Of a stretch of 64,000 bases of DNA, positions 12,716 to 26,117 are shown piece after piece (within the stretch, counting starts at the first letter, position 1; every line of letters begins with the position of its first letter). The notes beneath the pieces were generated by a model. It saw only the letters and a list, made by a program, of their open reading frames with translations. It ran no database searches and was not told where the DNA came from. The DNA lies in the NCBI RefSeq assembly GCF_963921235.1, contig NC_086108.1, forward strand, positions 60,576,001 to 60,640,000, written 5' to 3'. A program made the translations under genes and the position numbers. The DNA comes from Mobula hypostoma (taxonomy: Eukaryota).

Positions 12716-13928
12716 TGGCGCTCTAAACATCTGACCGACCTCCAATTTTATAACCATCCATAAAATAACGTCAATGCTTAAACCTGCACTATCCTCTTCT
12801 TTTTCTTGCTCCAGATCTCATGAGCAACACCTCCATTTTAAAATCATGACTTTGTTTTCCAACACCTCTCCCTCACAATCTTGTCCTGTTTTTCCTGCTA
12901 ACTTCTGTAGCCTTACAATCCCACCAGCAATCAATGCTTCTCATACTTGGGTCTCTTGAGCATCCCAAATTTTAAATTGCTATTGTTCCATGGTTTCCAA
13001 TTCCCTCCCTAAACTTTCCTGCATCTCTCACTCTCTAACCTTCATTCTATCTTCAAGATGTATCTACAAGCACAATTTTCAAAAAAATTGGCTATGTTTT
13101 TGCCTCTCCCAAGAGATGACATGGCTCCTTGTCAATCTTGTAGTGCATAAGGCTACAAGACTTTTTATGATCATCTTTCTGTGTTCTACTGTGCTATAAT
13201 GAAGCAAATTTGTCAGCATAGAGACTAAGCATCTGTCCCACTGAGCAACCCACAGAAAGGTTTCTGAGAAGTAACCTATGTGCCGTTTCCACGGTGTTCA
13301 CAAAATTACAATGATGTTTGTTGAACTGGTTTATACTTAATACCAGATACCAAATGCTATAATTATCTAGAACTTTTTCAGTAACCCAATTCTGCTACTC
13401 GGATTCAGCCTCTTATAACTGGAAATCTGCTTTCCACTTAACATGAGTCAAGAGCTGTTAAGTCTGAATATTATTTGCTGAAAATCTTGCTGTACCATTG
13501 CAGGCAGTTAAGTGGCAACAGCAAACCTTGTAATTTCATAATCCTCCATGTCCATATATAAAGATACAGGGAATGGTTAACTGCTATGTAAAGTAACACC
13601 AGCCATGTGACTAAACATCTATTTCACATATGTGATATCATTTTTCTGGTTTGTAAGTATTAAATCAACAAAAGAAGACCATAAATTGGAGACAGAGACT
13701 AAATTATTTAACAATCTAACAGAAGAATCAAAATTGAAATATCTAGAAGAAATTTCAGGAAAATCCAGGATGAAGTTTTTTTGTGCACTCTGAAATTTGC
13801 ATTTTATTATGCTTTGGACAGATATGAAGAATATTATGTGATGCCTCCACAACAGTTTTTGCCTTTTCTGTATTTCTCCGGTAATATATGGTAACGAAAG
13901 AAAAAACATTTCCCAAAGATCCATCACA

Positions 13929-14098
13929 AACAGGAGAAAATGTGCAGATGCCGGAAATCCGAGCAGTACACACAAAATGCTGGAGGAACTCGGTAGGCCA
14001 GTCCTGCCGAAGGGCTTTGGCCTGAAATGTCAACTGTACTGTTCCTCATAGATGCTGCCTGGCCTGATGTGTTCCTCCAGCATTTTGTGTGTGGTACC
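13929..14098. mobile_element. Penelope-derived fold-back element with decayed hammerhead motif
   Basis: Inverted repeat acacacaaaatgctggaggaac / gttcctccagcattttgtgtgt enclosing agtc-ctgccga...gaaa-tgtc-aact (14000-14035). Confidence 0.75.
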
Positions 14099-15029
14099 TA
14101 AGGATCCATGGCTCTTCATAGGTCATAGGTCCCAGACCTCAGTATTTCTTTCCAGCATTATAGGTGCTTACTTGTTGTACCAATCACACAGGCACACTTT
14201 ATTAATGAGACATTAGCCCTTTGGCTGATCAACAGTGTGTGCATTGCTCACAGATTGTGGAAGTATTTAGAAGAAGCATGCTTTTGTGTTCTCATCACTG
14301 ATGCCACGGCTGTAGCGATTAACCAATATGTGTTTTTAAGAATGAGAAACCTTGGTGTTTGGCTGTAAGAGGAAACCCTTCTCCAAGGTATGCTTTTACA
14401 AGGAATCTTCAACAAATTGTAGTATGTTGATATCTGGGAGGTGAGCCAATTGAAGAAAAGTGTGGGTATTATTGTTGTAAGCATAGAATGTGTTTCGGTG
14501 GTTGGCTGAGTTTGGGATCCAAACCTCAGCAACTCCTTTTGCCCACGTCTTCTACCTGCCAGAAATGAGTGTGTAGGTGCCCATTCCTCTTGGCTCTCAA
14601 CATGAAGGCAAGGATGAGGAGCAGGACCACAGAGCAGAACAATCTGCCATATGATGAAAATGTGGTTGGTGTGGGACAAGAGTCTTCAGAAGAAGAGACA
14701 ATTCAATACATTTGTTCAAGGAAGAGTGCTTCAATGAGTGAAAGGCAAGCTTAGACTTCAGAAAGAGGTGAGATCCGAGATTGCTGTGTGTTTCTGCTTC
14801 AGAATGTCTGAGGATTTCACTTCCATTGCCTGTCAACAATGGTTTTGGCTCTCAGTTTTTCAATGATTTGATGGTGCAACAAACTATGTCCAATTTAACA
14901 TATTTTAGTAATCTATCACTAATAGCAGATCATCTTTGCTGAGACCGGAACCTTAGGACATCCAATGACTTAAGGTGTTGTGAACTTTAGGAGAGATTGC
15001 TGATGTTGTGAATCCTGAAAATAATGGAA

Positions 15030-15570
15030 CCATAGAATCATAGAAAATGTATAGCATAAAGGTCATTTAGTCAATTGAAAATAAGCCACCTGACCTGATC
15101 CCACTTCCGCTACTATCTTTAGCCCTTCAGCTAGCTGCCCTCTAAGCTATATATCTAACTACATTTGCGATATGGTGGTGGGCTATGTCTTTATAAGCCT
15201 TCTAGGCAGTGACATCCATGCTCCTACCACCTTCAAAATGAAAAGCCTTTTCCTCGTATCTCCTATAATCTATCAGGCAATAGCATTCAATCTGTGCCCC
15301 TGATATTTGGCACCCAGGCCTTATGAAATATTTATTTATACTATCTACATTTCTCAAAGGCTTTTCATTCCTCAGTCTCCCCTATTCTGAAGAAAACAAT
15401 TACCACATATTGAATCATCCTTTATAATTAGACATTTTGAGTCCTGCAACATCCTTATAAATCTCTTCCTCTCCTGTGAAATGTCATATTTCCTGTAATA
15501 TCATCACCTAAACTATCAGCGTACTCAAGCTGTGCATTAGAAACTTGATAAACAGTTTCACTTTAATCTT
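15030..15570 (-). mobile_element. Old CR1 3' fragment
   Basis: catagaatcatagaa tail and degenerate CR1 3' UTR. Confidence 0.55.
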
Positions 15571-15580
15571 CCTTCTCTTA

Positions 15581-15680
15581 TACACTCAGTGGCTACTTTA
15601 TTTGATACACCTGTACACCTGCTCCTTAACGCAAATATCTAATCAGCTAATTGTGGCAGCAGTTTAATGCTATAAAAGCA
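15581..15680. mobile_element. Tc1/mariner terminal fragment
   Basis: TA-cactcagtggctactttatt...tacacc terminus. Confidence 0.55.
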
Positions 15681-15684
15681 CGTA

Positions 15685-17121
15685 CAGTGCCTATAAAAAG
15701 TATTCATTCTGCTTGGAAGCTCTCATGTTTTATTGTTTTACAGCATTGAATCACAGTGGATTTAATTGGCTTTTTTGACACCGATCAACAGAAAAAAGAC
15801 TCTTCTGTGTCAAAGTGAAAACATCTTTTCTATAAAGTAATCTAAATTAATTACAAATATGAAACACAAAATAATTGACTGCATTAGTATTCACCCCCTT
15901 CAAGTCAGTATTTAGTAGATGCACCTTTAGCAGCAATTACAGTGTTGAGTGTGTGTGGATAGGTCTCTATCAGCTTTGCACATCTGGACACAGAAAATTT
16001 CCCCCATTATTCTTTACAAAACTGCTCAAGCTCTGTCAGATTACATGGGGATCGTGAGTGAACAGCTCTTTTCAAGTCCAGCCACAAATTCTCAATTGGA
16101 TTGAGGTGTGGACTCTGACTTGGTCACTCCAGACATTAACTTTGTTGTTTTAAGCCATTCCTGGATAGCTTTGGCTTTATGCTTGGGGTCATTGTCTTGT
16201 TGGAAAACAAATCTTCTCCCAAGTCACAGTTCTCTTGCAGACTACATCAGAATTTCCCTGTATTTTACTGCATTCATTTTAACCTCTACCTTCACAGGCC
16301 TTCCAGGACATGCTGCTGTGAAGCATCTCCACTGCATGATGCAGCCACCACCAGGCTACACAGTAGGGATGGTGTATTTTTGATGATGTGCAGCGTTTCC
16401 CTTATGCAGAAAATAGTGCTCAGTCTGACTTCCAAACAGCTCAATTTTGGTTTCATCAGACCATAGAACCTCCTTCCAGCTGACTTTAGAGTCTCCCACA
16501 TGCATTCTCACAAACTCTAGCTGAGATTTCACGTGTTCTTTTTCAACAGTGGCTTTCTCTTTGCCACTCTCTCAGAAAGCTGCGTATAGTGAAGCACCTG
16601 GGCAACAGTTGTTGTAAACGCAGCCTCTTCTGTCTCAGCCACTGAAGTTTGTAACTCCTCCAGAGTTGTTGTAGGTCTCTTGGTGGCCTCACTCACTAGT
16701 CCTCTTCTTGCACGGTTACTCCGTTTTTAAGGACAGCTTGCTCTAGGCAGATTTACAGTTGTGCCATATTCTTTCCATTTCTTGAAAATTGACTTAACTG
16801 TACTCCAAGAGATATTCAGTGACTTGGAAATTTTCTTGTATCCATCTACTGTCTTGGGCTTTTCAATAACCTATTTGTGGAGTAGTTTGGAATATTCTTT
16901 TGTCTTCATGGTGTAATTTTTGCCAGGCTACTGACTCACCAGGAGTTGGACCTTCCAGATATAGGTGTATTTTTACTACAACCAATTGAAACACCGTGAC
17001 TGCACACAGGTCTCAAAAAAAAAACAGATCTCCATATAACTCATTATTTGACTTCTAAAGCCAATTGGCTACACCAGTGATGATTTGGTGTGTCATATTA
17101 AACGGGGTGAATACTTATGCA
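15685..17121 (-). mobile_element. Tc1-like transposon with decayed transposase
   Basis: TA|cagtgcc terminus; inner repeats agtattcacccc (about 15886) and ggggtgaatact (about 17104); frameshifted VLWSDETKIELF and VKxGGGxIMxW-type motifs on the - strand. Confidence 0.85.
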
Positions 17122-17465
17122 TCACCCTCTGCTTCCTGCCATTGAGCCAATTCTGAATCCACCCCGCTAGCTCCTCCTGAATCCTATCCTTCCAGATCGG
17201 CCTGTCATGGAGGACCTCATCAAGGCCTTACTAAAGTCTATGTAAGCATCCACTGTCCTAATTTCATCCATCCCCTTAGTTAACCCTTCAAAAAAATCCA
17301 AAAGATTTGTCAGACCATCTCTGCCCCTGCACAAAACCTTGCTGACTATTCCTGATCATGTCTTGACTGTCGAAGTCATGGTAAATCTCATCCCTCAGAA
17401 TTCCCTCCAGTAACCTCCTGACAAATGAAATCAGGCTCATAGCCTGTTGTTCCCTGGCTTGTCTT
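17122..17465 (-). mobile_element. CR1 RT fragment
   Basis: Degenerate YxDFSKA-type region on the - strand. Confidence 0.6.
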
Positions 17466-17475
17466 TAGATTTTTT

Positions 17476-17820
17476 TTTAGATTAGATTAGATTATGAGAA
17501 CACTCAGTCCTCGTTTATTGTCATTTAGAAATGCATGCATTAAAAAATGATACAATGTTCTTCCAGTATGATATCACAGAAACACAAAACAGACCAAGAC
17601 TAAAACTGACAAAAACCACATAATTATAACATATAGTTACAACAGTGCAAAGCAATACCGTAATTTGATAAGAGCAGACCATGGGCACGGTAAAAAAAAA
17701 AGTCACAAAGTCCCGATAGCCCCAACATCTCACACAGACAGTAGAAGGGAGAAACTCTCCCTGCCATGAGCTTCCAGTGCCGCAAACTTGCTGATGCAGT
17801 ATCCTGAAAGCACCCGACGG
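17476..17820 (-). mobile_element. Non-coding retroposon family X, 5'-truncated copy
   Basis: Closely similar 3' end to the copies at 24181 and 27018; (attag)n tail. Confidence 0.8.
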
Positions 17821-17829
17821 ACAAGAGTA

Positions 17830-20800
17830 CAGTAGCAGTCAAATACGTTGTGTTTACGCGGAAACGACTACAATGACCATGAAGCTTTGCGCGGGCACAA
17901 ATGCGCATGCGTGACATGCGTATGCGTGTACGTGCCGTTTTTTGCTACAAATCGTTTTTGGCGATTCTGTTTGGGAGGGGGCTGTTGTTAATCACGACCG
18001 GAATATAGGTGATAAGTGGCTAATACACTCAATTTCGTTTCTAAAAGGGTTTATCTAACGAATTTAATATTAAACACACAGCGCATATTTTCCTCGCATG
18101 AATATAGCGATAAAGACAGGGAGGCTTGAAATACGTGTTGAACGAACTCCCGGTAGAAGTGGCAGAAGCAGGTTCGATTTTATCATTTAAAGTTAAATTA
18201 GATAGGTATATAGACAGGAAAGGAATGGGGGGGTTATGGGGTGAGTGCAGGTCGGTGGGACTAGGTGAGAGTAACGTTCGGCACGGACTAGAAGGGGAGA
18301 GGTGGCCTTTTTCCGTGCTGTAATTGTTATATGGTTATATAAGTAAGTCAATAGCATCATAACATTTTAAGTAACGTTTAGATATTAAACACACAGCGCA
18401 TATTTTCCTCGTATGAACATATAAAATCATTGCAACGCACCAATATCGCTGAATCAGTGGGAGCCCTGGGCGTGTTTCCCTGCAACAAGACGGTCCCATC
18501 GAGGGGTGATGGGAGACAGCGATACTCGAAGGGGGTTCCTTGTGTCCAGTCTATTCCGCAATTTAGTTTTTGTTACATTCATCGCAGAGATAAGTTGGAA
18601 ATGGAAGCAACGTTTTCAGTGCTTCCATGGCTATCTCAGGATATTTAACCTTGACTTTGATCCAGAATGCCGGCAGAGATGTTATGTCAAACATACTTCT
18701 CAGCCGGCCGTCATTTGCAAGCTTGAGGAGTTGATCTCCTTCCCGCGCTGACATGGACGACGCGTGCGTTCAAGCTCAACCATGGATATGAACTTGAGAA
18801 AAGGGGAATGCTGGCAAGTTATCAGAGTGGTTTTAGAAAGGGAAGGAATTCCATGGACTCTGATTATGTTAGAGACTGAAATAAGGAAGGCCCAGGCAAA
18901 TAGAGAGTCAGTAGTGGCAGTGTTCTTTGACATTGAAAAAGCCTATGATAGGATGTGGAAGGAAGGATTATTAGTTAACTGCACAAGATGGGGGTTGGTG
19001 GGAGAGTTTTTAATTGGATTAAAGATTTTTTGTTTGGTAGAAAAATTCAAGTTCGGATTGGATCAGAATTATCAAAACAGTACATAGTGGAAAATGGCAC
19101 ACCTCAAGGTAGTGTGATTAGCCCGTTACTTTTCATCATTATGATCAATGATGTCTTCACAAAGGTACCAGTGGATATAGGTAGGTCACTGTTTGCAGAT
19201 GATGGGGCCTTGTGGAAAAGAGGCAGGAACATGGACCATATAATCAGGAAACTACAAGAAGCAATTGATGAAGTGGTGGAGTGGGGTTATGATTGGGGAT
19301 GTAGATTTTCAGTAGATAAAACTCAAACTGCATTTTTTTTACCAGGAAAAGGGTTGAAGTAGGGAAGAAGTTAAGTATGTATGGGGTTGAATTAGAAAGG
19401 GTTGCATCATTTAAATTTCTGGGAGTTATATTTGATTCACGATTAACATGGGCAGACTATATCAGGAAAGTTGAGGAGAAATGTAAAAAAGTAATAAATG
19501 TGATGAGATGTTTGACTGGTAGGGAATGGGGAGCAAGTTGTCCAGCTTTGAAGAGAATGTATGTGGCTTTAGTGAGATCTGTATTGGATTATGGAAATAT
19601 AGTATATGGATCAGCAGCTAGATCTCTTATAAGGAAACAATGTGATTCAGGCTCAGGCCTTGAGAGTGTGCAGTGGGGCTTTTAAAAACGTCACCAGTGT
19701 CAGCCCTACAGGTAGAAATGGGAATAATGCCTTTGGAACTAAGAAGGATGCAACTGATGGCAAACTACTGGGCTAACTTGCAGGGGCACAATGATTCTCA
19801 CCCTACTGAAGGAGTGTTGCAGGAATGCTGGGAAAATGGGAGGTTTCAGAGGGATACCTTTAGTCGGGTAGGGAATGATATCGTGAAAGAATGTGGAGTA
19901 TTTGATCTGAGGATAAGTCCTTCAGTAGTTTATCCGGTTGTAGCTCCATGGAAGCTTGTATGGCCTGACATAGACTGGCATTTGTTAGAGGTAAAAAGGA
20001 AAGAAAGATATAAAACAGATTTGGTAAATGCATTTAACTGTCATGTGATGGAAAAGTATAGTGATTATACTCACATTTATACGGATGGTGCGAAGGAACC
20101 TGAAACAGGAGTGACAGGGTTTGGGGTGGTAATACCAGCAAAAGAAATTGGAATCAGCAGAAGAACATCTAATAAGTTAGGGGTGTTTACAGTGGAGATG
20201 CTGGCAGTGTTGGTTGCGTTGCAATGGGTGCAGAAAGCCAGACAAGCCAAAGCATTGATATGTTCAGATTCATCCTCAGTTCTAGCAAGTTTAAGGTCTT
20301 TTCACACAAGCAGTTGGCAAGATGTACTTTATGAAGTCCTTCAGTTAGTTACAAGAATTGCAAATCAGGGAGGTCAGGTAAAATTTCTATGGGTTCCAGC
20401 ACATGTAGGGGTGAAGGAGAATGAGAGGGTGGATGAGTTGGCAAAGAGGGCGTTAAAGAAAGAAAATGTGGAAATGCACATTAGTATCAGTAAAGCAGAG
20501 GTTAAGTGTGTAATCCGGGAAAAAGTCAACCGAATGTGGCAAGAAAGATGGGACAGGGAGGGGAAAGGGAGGCATTTATATCAAATACAAAAGAGTGTTG
20601 CAGTTACTAGGGTAGGTAATGGAAACAGAAGAGAGGAAATTGTATGGACTAGGTTAAGGCTGGGGCATTGTGCATTAAACAAAACATTGAAAATGATAGG
20701 GAAACACCAGACAGGATTGTGTGAGGAATGTCAGGAAGAGGAGTCAGTAGAATATGTAGTTTTGTGTTGCAGGAAGTATGGGATACAGAGAGAGATGATG

Positions 20801-21256
20801 AGAAATAAATTAAGGGAGTTGGGGATGCAGGAATTCACATTAAAAGGGTTGCTGGGCATGGGTGAGAGAGCAGAAGTCCGGGTATTTTTAGCGTTTTTAA
20901 GGGGTACAGGGGTTTTTTATAGAATATGACGAATAAACAGGAATAGGATACTAGGATGGTCAAAGATGGGAGGGTGAAATGTAGGTTTGTGTGTATATAT
21001 ATATGTGTGTGTGATTGGATGAAGGGATTTAGAATGTATGTCTAGTGCACATTCTGGAGCAGAAGGTGGCGGTAATGCACCATTAAGCTGGATGCCAACT
21101 GCCGTAAAACAAGATACAGACAGACAGACTCAACAATGGGTGTGACAGGGAATGAGGAAAGGTGCAGCTGACTCATATCGTTTCCTCGCGGCCCGGTAGC
21201 ACTTGCCTTGCGGCCCGATCGCGCTTGCCTTGCGGCCCGGTCGTTGGGGACCGCTG
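17830..21256 (-). mobile_element. hAT (Charlie/Buster-like) transposon remnant, interrupted by a LINE
   Basis: Right terminus gttggggaccgctg; hAT dimerisation-domain remnant LPAFWIKVKVKYPEIA...LLPFPTYLC (18563-18754); shares sequence with the MITE at 43791. Confidence 0.8.
18781..21128 (+). mobile_element. I-group (Nimb-like) LINE, 5'-truncated, with RT, RNase H and C-terminal Cys motif
   Basis: FFDIEKAYD, GTPQGSVISP, LFADD, RNase H YTDG...E...SDS...WVPAHVG...NERVD, LRLGH...CEEC; (caga)n tail; 6-bp TSD ctcaac (18775-18780, 21129-21134). Confidence 0.92.
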
Positions 21257-21679
21257 TTTAAGAGGACCTAGTCTTTCTGTGGTCACCTTTTTACTGTTAA
21301 TCCGAGGAACCTCTTGGTACTATCTTTAATCCTGACTGCAAATCCACCTCATACCCTCATGCTCTCCTGATTACCCTCTTAAGCCTGGTTTTTAACTTTT
21401 TTTATATTCTACAAGGGATTAATTTGTATCCAGCTATCTAAACAGGATGTATGCTTTTTTTTTTAACATCAGAGCATAGCCAAGGGTTCCCTGAACTTGA
21501 TATGTCTATCATTCTAACAGGAACATGCTGACCCTGGACTCTTAATATGAACTTTTCAAAAGCCTGCCACTTGCCAACTGTCCCTTTGCCTTTAAATACA
21601 GTCATCTAATTGATCCCAGATGGGTTCTGTTTAATGTCCTCAAAGTTCAGGACTTTAACCTGTGGACATTTTTAATGCC

Positions 21680-22420
21680 CTGAAGGAGTTGGTGATTATT
21701 GGTGGTATCTACAGGAAGTTTTACTTCAAGAAGGCACATCTGTCATCAAAGATCTCCACCATCTGGGACCTGCCATCTCTTTGCAGCTACCATTTGGTAG
21801 GAGGTACAGAAACCTGAAGCCTCAGACCACCAGATTCAAAAACAGATACTTCCCTTCAACCATTTGGTTCTTGAACTAACCGGCAAAACCCTAATCAGGA
21901 TGTTGAGGCTTTAGGGAGGGTGTAGAAGAGGTTTACCATTGAGAGGCAAACCAGGTAAGTTCAACGGAAATGTGTAGGTCAAGTTTTTTGCACAGGGAGA
22001 GCTGGTCTGCTTGGAATTTGAGGCATTCAGGAGGCTCTTAGCCACATACATGTGCAGGAAATGAAAGGATATGGGAATGTGTTTGCAGAAAGAATTAGTT
22101 TAAATTAGCATTTGATTACTGATGTAATAGTTTAGCACAACTTTGTAGGCTGAAAGGCCTGTTCCTGAGCTATACCATTCTACGTTCTATGTTCAGTACA
22201 GTTTGGCAACAGGGTGAACACTCTGGCCTCTTCTCACTAAAAGAGTCTTTCAATTTTATTTCTGTTTCAATTGTGATTTTGTTTGTAAAAATTGTGTATA
22301 ATATGGTTAATTTGTGTTTTTCTTGTGAATGTTGTTTACATGATGATGTGTTCCTTTGATGCTGGGGCAGTACGTTTGTCATTGCATTTGTACATATGAC
22401 AATAAACTCAACTTTCACCC
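21680..22420 (+). mobile_element. Cluster of Rex-type and CR1 3' fragments
   Basis: Rex C-terminal remnant (about 21680-21880), CR1 3' end (about 21895-22195), Rex-type tail ending aataaa (about 22240-22415). Confidence 0.65.
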
Positions 22421-22659
22421 ACCTTCATTCGTTTGTTACTCAGATTGAAATATTTTCATGATTCTAGAATAACATTTAAGTAATTCGGTAGAAGTACTTA
22501 AACAGTGTAAGGGTAATAAACATTTGGTTTAAGTGCTGAACAAAGGCGATTGAAATAAAAATATTAATTATGGATTTAGGAAAGAATTGAAAGAAGATTG
22601 TCACCTATGAAAAAGGGGTAGAATTGATGGAGTGTATCATCTTTGAAACCCTTCATCAG

Positions 22660-22940
22660 TTGAGTAGATTGAGTTCAAAAGCCGTGAGGTAAAGCTGCAG
22701 CTCTATAAAACCCTGGTTACACGACACCTTGTATATTGTGTTCGCTTCTGGTAGCATCATTATAGGAAGGATGTGGAAGCTTTAGAGAGTGTGCAGAGGT
22801 TCTTTATCGGGATGTTACCTGGACTTGAGAGCATGTTTTATAAGGATAGGTTGAGTGGGCTCATGCTTTTCTCTTTGTAGTGAAAGAGGATGACAGGTGA
22901 CTTGATAGAGGTCTATAAGATGATAAGAAGCATAGATTAT
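22660..22940 (+). mobile_element. CR1 fragment
   Basis: LQLYKTLV..HL.YCV.FW and DLIEVYK motifs. Confidence 0.75.
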
Positions 22941-22959
22941 GTGGTTTTCCTACTCTCAC

Positions 22960-23330
22960 AAGTCCACCCAGGGTCTCCATTCACCACTTCCATCCACCCC
23001 ACCCTGGTTAATGACTTGTTATCTTCACCTGGTTCAATTTATCAATTACCCATATACCTACCTCCCTGGGTTTCTTCTCTCTTGGTTCACCTTTCCGATC
23101 GACTCTCCCTTGTGGTTCCATCTGCCCATCATTCCTCCTTTATCTAGTTTTACCTACCACCTACCAGCCTCTCATTTCTATATACTGGCTACCTTCCCTC
23201 AAAATTCCTTCAGTTCTCATCCCAAAACATAGGTCCTCCCTTTGCCTCCACAGGTGCAGCTTGACCTGCTGAGTTCTTCCAGCAGTTTATTTTTTGCTCC
23301 AGATTAGAGCATCTGCAGTCTCTCGTGTCC
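22960..23330 (+). mobile_element. Degraded Penelope pseudo-LTR
   Basis: C/T-rich body ending gacctgctgagttcttccagca...gcatctgcagt. Confidence 0.6.
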
Positions 23331-23699
23331 ATTGTCAGTACATGTTTTATATAGTGTTATATAGTACATGCTTGATATAGTGTTATAAGTGGCACTTCTT
23401 TATGGATGACAAGTCTGTGAATAGGTTTTTGAGAGATTCCAGAAAAGATAATATAGAAAGAAAAGCCATTGTTAAGGATGTATTAGTTGTGAATTGATGA
23501 CTTAGAAACAAGTCAAATGAAGGCAATAACACTGTGCTGGCACGAGACGTGTGATATTGGAGAAGGATATTGTGGTAACTGTAAGAAGTTGAAGAGGCTT
23601 TGAGGAGAGAAGATAAACATAGTGTCAGGAGACAGAGGTAAGTGAATAGGGAAACTTGTGGAAACAATTTCAACATGGAGTTGTGTGGAAAATGGAAAC

Positions 23700-23985
23700 A
23701 AGTGGTGGTGTGGTAGCATAGTGGTTAGCACAATGCTTTGCAGTACAGGGACCCTGATCCAATTCCCGCCGCTGCTTGTAAGGAGTTTGTATGTTCTCCC
23801 TGTGACCACATGGGTTTCCTCAGGGTGCTCTGGTTTCCTTCCACAGTTCAAAGACATACTGGTTGTTAGGTTGATTAGTCATGGTAAATTGTCCGTGATT
23901 AGGCTGGGATTAAATCAGGAGATTGCTGGGCGGCGTAACTCAAGGGACCAGAAGGGGACATATCTGCTTGATATCTTAATAAATA
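23700..23985 (+). mobile_element. V-SINE (HE1-like) copy
   Basis: tRNA-like head (ggtagcatagtggttagc), V-domain tgggtttcctcagggtgctctggtttcc, AATAAA end. Confidence 0.8.
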
Positions 23986-24180
23986 GAAAAAATTTAAAAA
24001 AGATTTTGGTAGGCGACAATATGACCCTGAACTTTGGAATGAAAAGGGGGGATTAGATATTGGCAGTATTTTGCAAGGACAGAAAGGTTGAGGATTTTTG
24101 AGGAGGAGGAGGGATGTGAATTGCTTTGGTAGGGAGATGGCCAGTGCCTTGGCAGAAAGAACCAGATGACAATGAGGAGG

Positions 24181-24808
24181 GAGGAGAAGATGGCAGCGTG
24201 ATGCAGCTCGCGCGGCTGTTCCAAATGACATCGTATGTTTTAACTGGGGGGCGTGCACAACCCGGATTTGATGGAGACAGCTGTGAGAAGCACGGAGGAA
24301 CACCTGGAGAAACTATTGAAATGACCGTTTCACTGCCGCTGCTACTGTGCGATCGAGAATCTCTGGAGGGGAAGGCCCCAGATCCTCTGCTTTGCCTATT
24401 GACTGTTGCTGGGGCTGGGGTCGAAGCGCTTGGCAGAGGTGGTGCTCGGTGTCAGAGAGCTGGTCGGAGGCTCGGAGTTTTCGGACGGACTCGGAGTCGG
24501 ACTGTGGTTGGATGCTTCCAGGATGCTGCATCGGAAAGTTTGCGGCGCTGGAGGTTCACCGCCTGCGCGAGATGGTGGTACTTCCGAGAGACTTTGAGAT
24601 TTTTACTGTGCCCATGGTCTGTTCTTATCAAATTACGGTATTGTTTTGCATTGTTGTAACTATATAATTATGTGGTTTTTGTCAGTTTTTAAGTCGGTTT
24701 GTGATGTGTTTCCGTGATATCATTCTGGAAAAACATTGTATCATTTCTTAATGCATGCATTGCTAAATGACAATAAAAGAGGACTGCATGTCCTCATAAT
24801 CTAATCTA
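24181..24808 (+). mobile_element. Non-coding retroposon family X, full-length-like copy
   Basis: Starts gaggagaagatggcagcg, CpG-rich body, AATAAA and (aatct)n tail; homologous to 27018-27694. Confidence 0.82.
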
Positions 24809-26043
24809 AAAAATCTCAGTCAATCAGCTCTCCATAGAGAACAAGGAAAATGTAGGAAGACCCATACACCCAAATCCTGGTGTAGCAGTTCCAAAGGGGT
24901 ACATGGTTTTATGGCTAAGCATTGAGGAATAAAAAGGAGGAGCTGATATTCTTTGAAAGAATTATATGGAAGGAAAACCAGAACACTTAAAAGCGAGGAA
25001 TTGCTCATTAGACTCGTCTTTTGCCTGCATTGTAAATTGATATATTGGAGGAAATACTGCATTACCTTTTGCTCATAATGTGGGTTTAGCAAAAGCATTT
25101 TCCTTGTAAGGCTTTAATTCTGAATCAATTTTGAAGCATGTCACTATAAGCATTGTAGAGAAATGTGAATTCTGTATGACTGATATTAATACTTAATCGC
25201 TGCTAGGGAGGATTATATATTTTGTAATTACTAAAATCTCTCATCTATTCATAACCATCTGTATCAGAGAACTGTTGGAGATGGCTTTAATGTTACAAAC
25301 AGGATAATGGATCCTGTGCCGCAAATATGCTGCACTGTGGACAAAAGGCAATGGCTGAGATATTCTAGTGAATTCTTCTGTTGACCATCCCAAAGAACTA
25401 AGTCATACATGTAACAATATCAAGAAAAAGAAATGATACATATCCTAGCATTTCCAGTCCTTTTTGTTTCCGTAACACAAACATATTTTGATAAGTTTTG
25501 GCATCTACGTGAGAGTTTGCTTTTTCAAATTGTATGTGATTGAGACAGAAGAATAAATATGAACTATACGGTATTTATATCTACAGCAATCCACAAAGGT
25601 CCAAGGTATACAGGTCTTTTTGAAGCATTCCTTATTTCATCCCCGCTCATGTTCTTTCCTCCACCTCTTTTCCCCGTACATTGATGTCTGTGTCAAATGG
25701 CGTCAGTAGTGTTAAGGTTTTGGAATAAAAATCAAGTTAATGTCAGCACTTTCAAAGCTGCAAAATCAAAATCCTCATATATAAAAAGGTTTAAGTATTT
25801 TGCTTTTCTCAGTTGGTCTGCAACCAGCATTTGTTCGAGCATATGTTTTACTGTTGAAAAATCTGCATTTAAAAATATGAATTATAGAAACACACACAGT
25901 AAACAGTCAACGTTTCAGGCCGAGACCCTTCAGCAGGATTGGTGAAGAGACCCAGATCAGAATCACGTTTATCACTATTCACATATGTTATGAAATTTGG
26001 GTTTTTTTGTGTGGCAGCAGTACAGTGCAATACATAAAATTAC

Positions 26044-26117
26044 TACGTACCGTGCAAAAGTCTTAGACACTCTAGCTATATATGTATATGTGACTAAGCC
26101 TTTTGCACAGTACTGTA
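26044..26117. mobile_element. Tiny Tc1-type MITE (hairpin)
   Basis: gtaccgtgcaaaagtcttag / ctaagccttttgcacagtac inverted repeat ending in TA; lies between two oppositely oriented LINE tails. Confidence 0.65.

Noticed and set aside
19673..20929. Longest ORF (418 aa) as a host RNase H gene
   Set aside because: It is continuous with frameshifted RT sequence inside a TSD-flanked LINE.
23700..23780. tRNA gene
   Set aside because: Degenerate tRNA-like head of a V-SINE; no cloverleaf.
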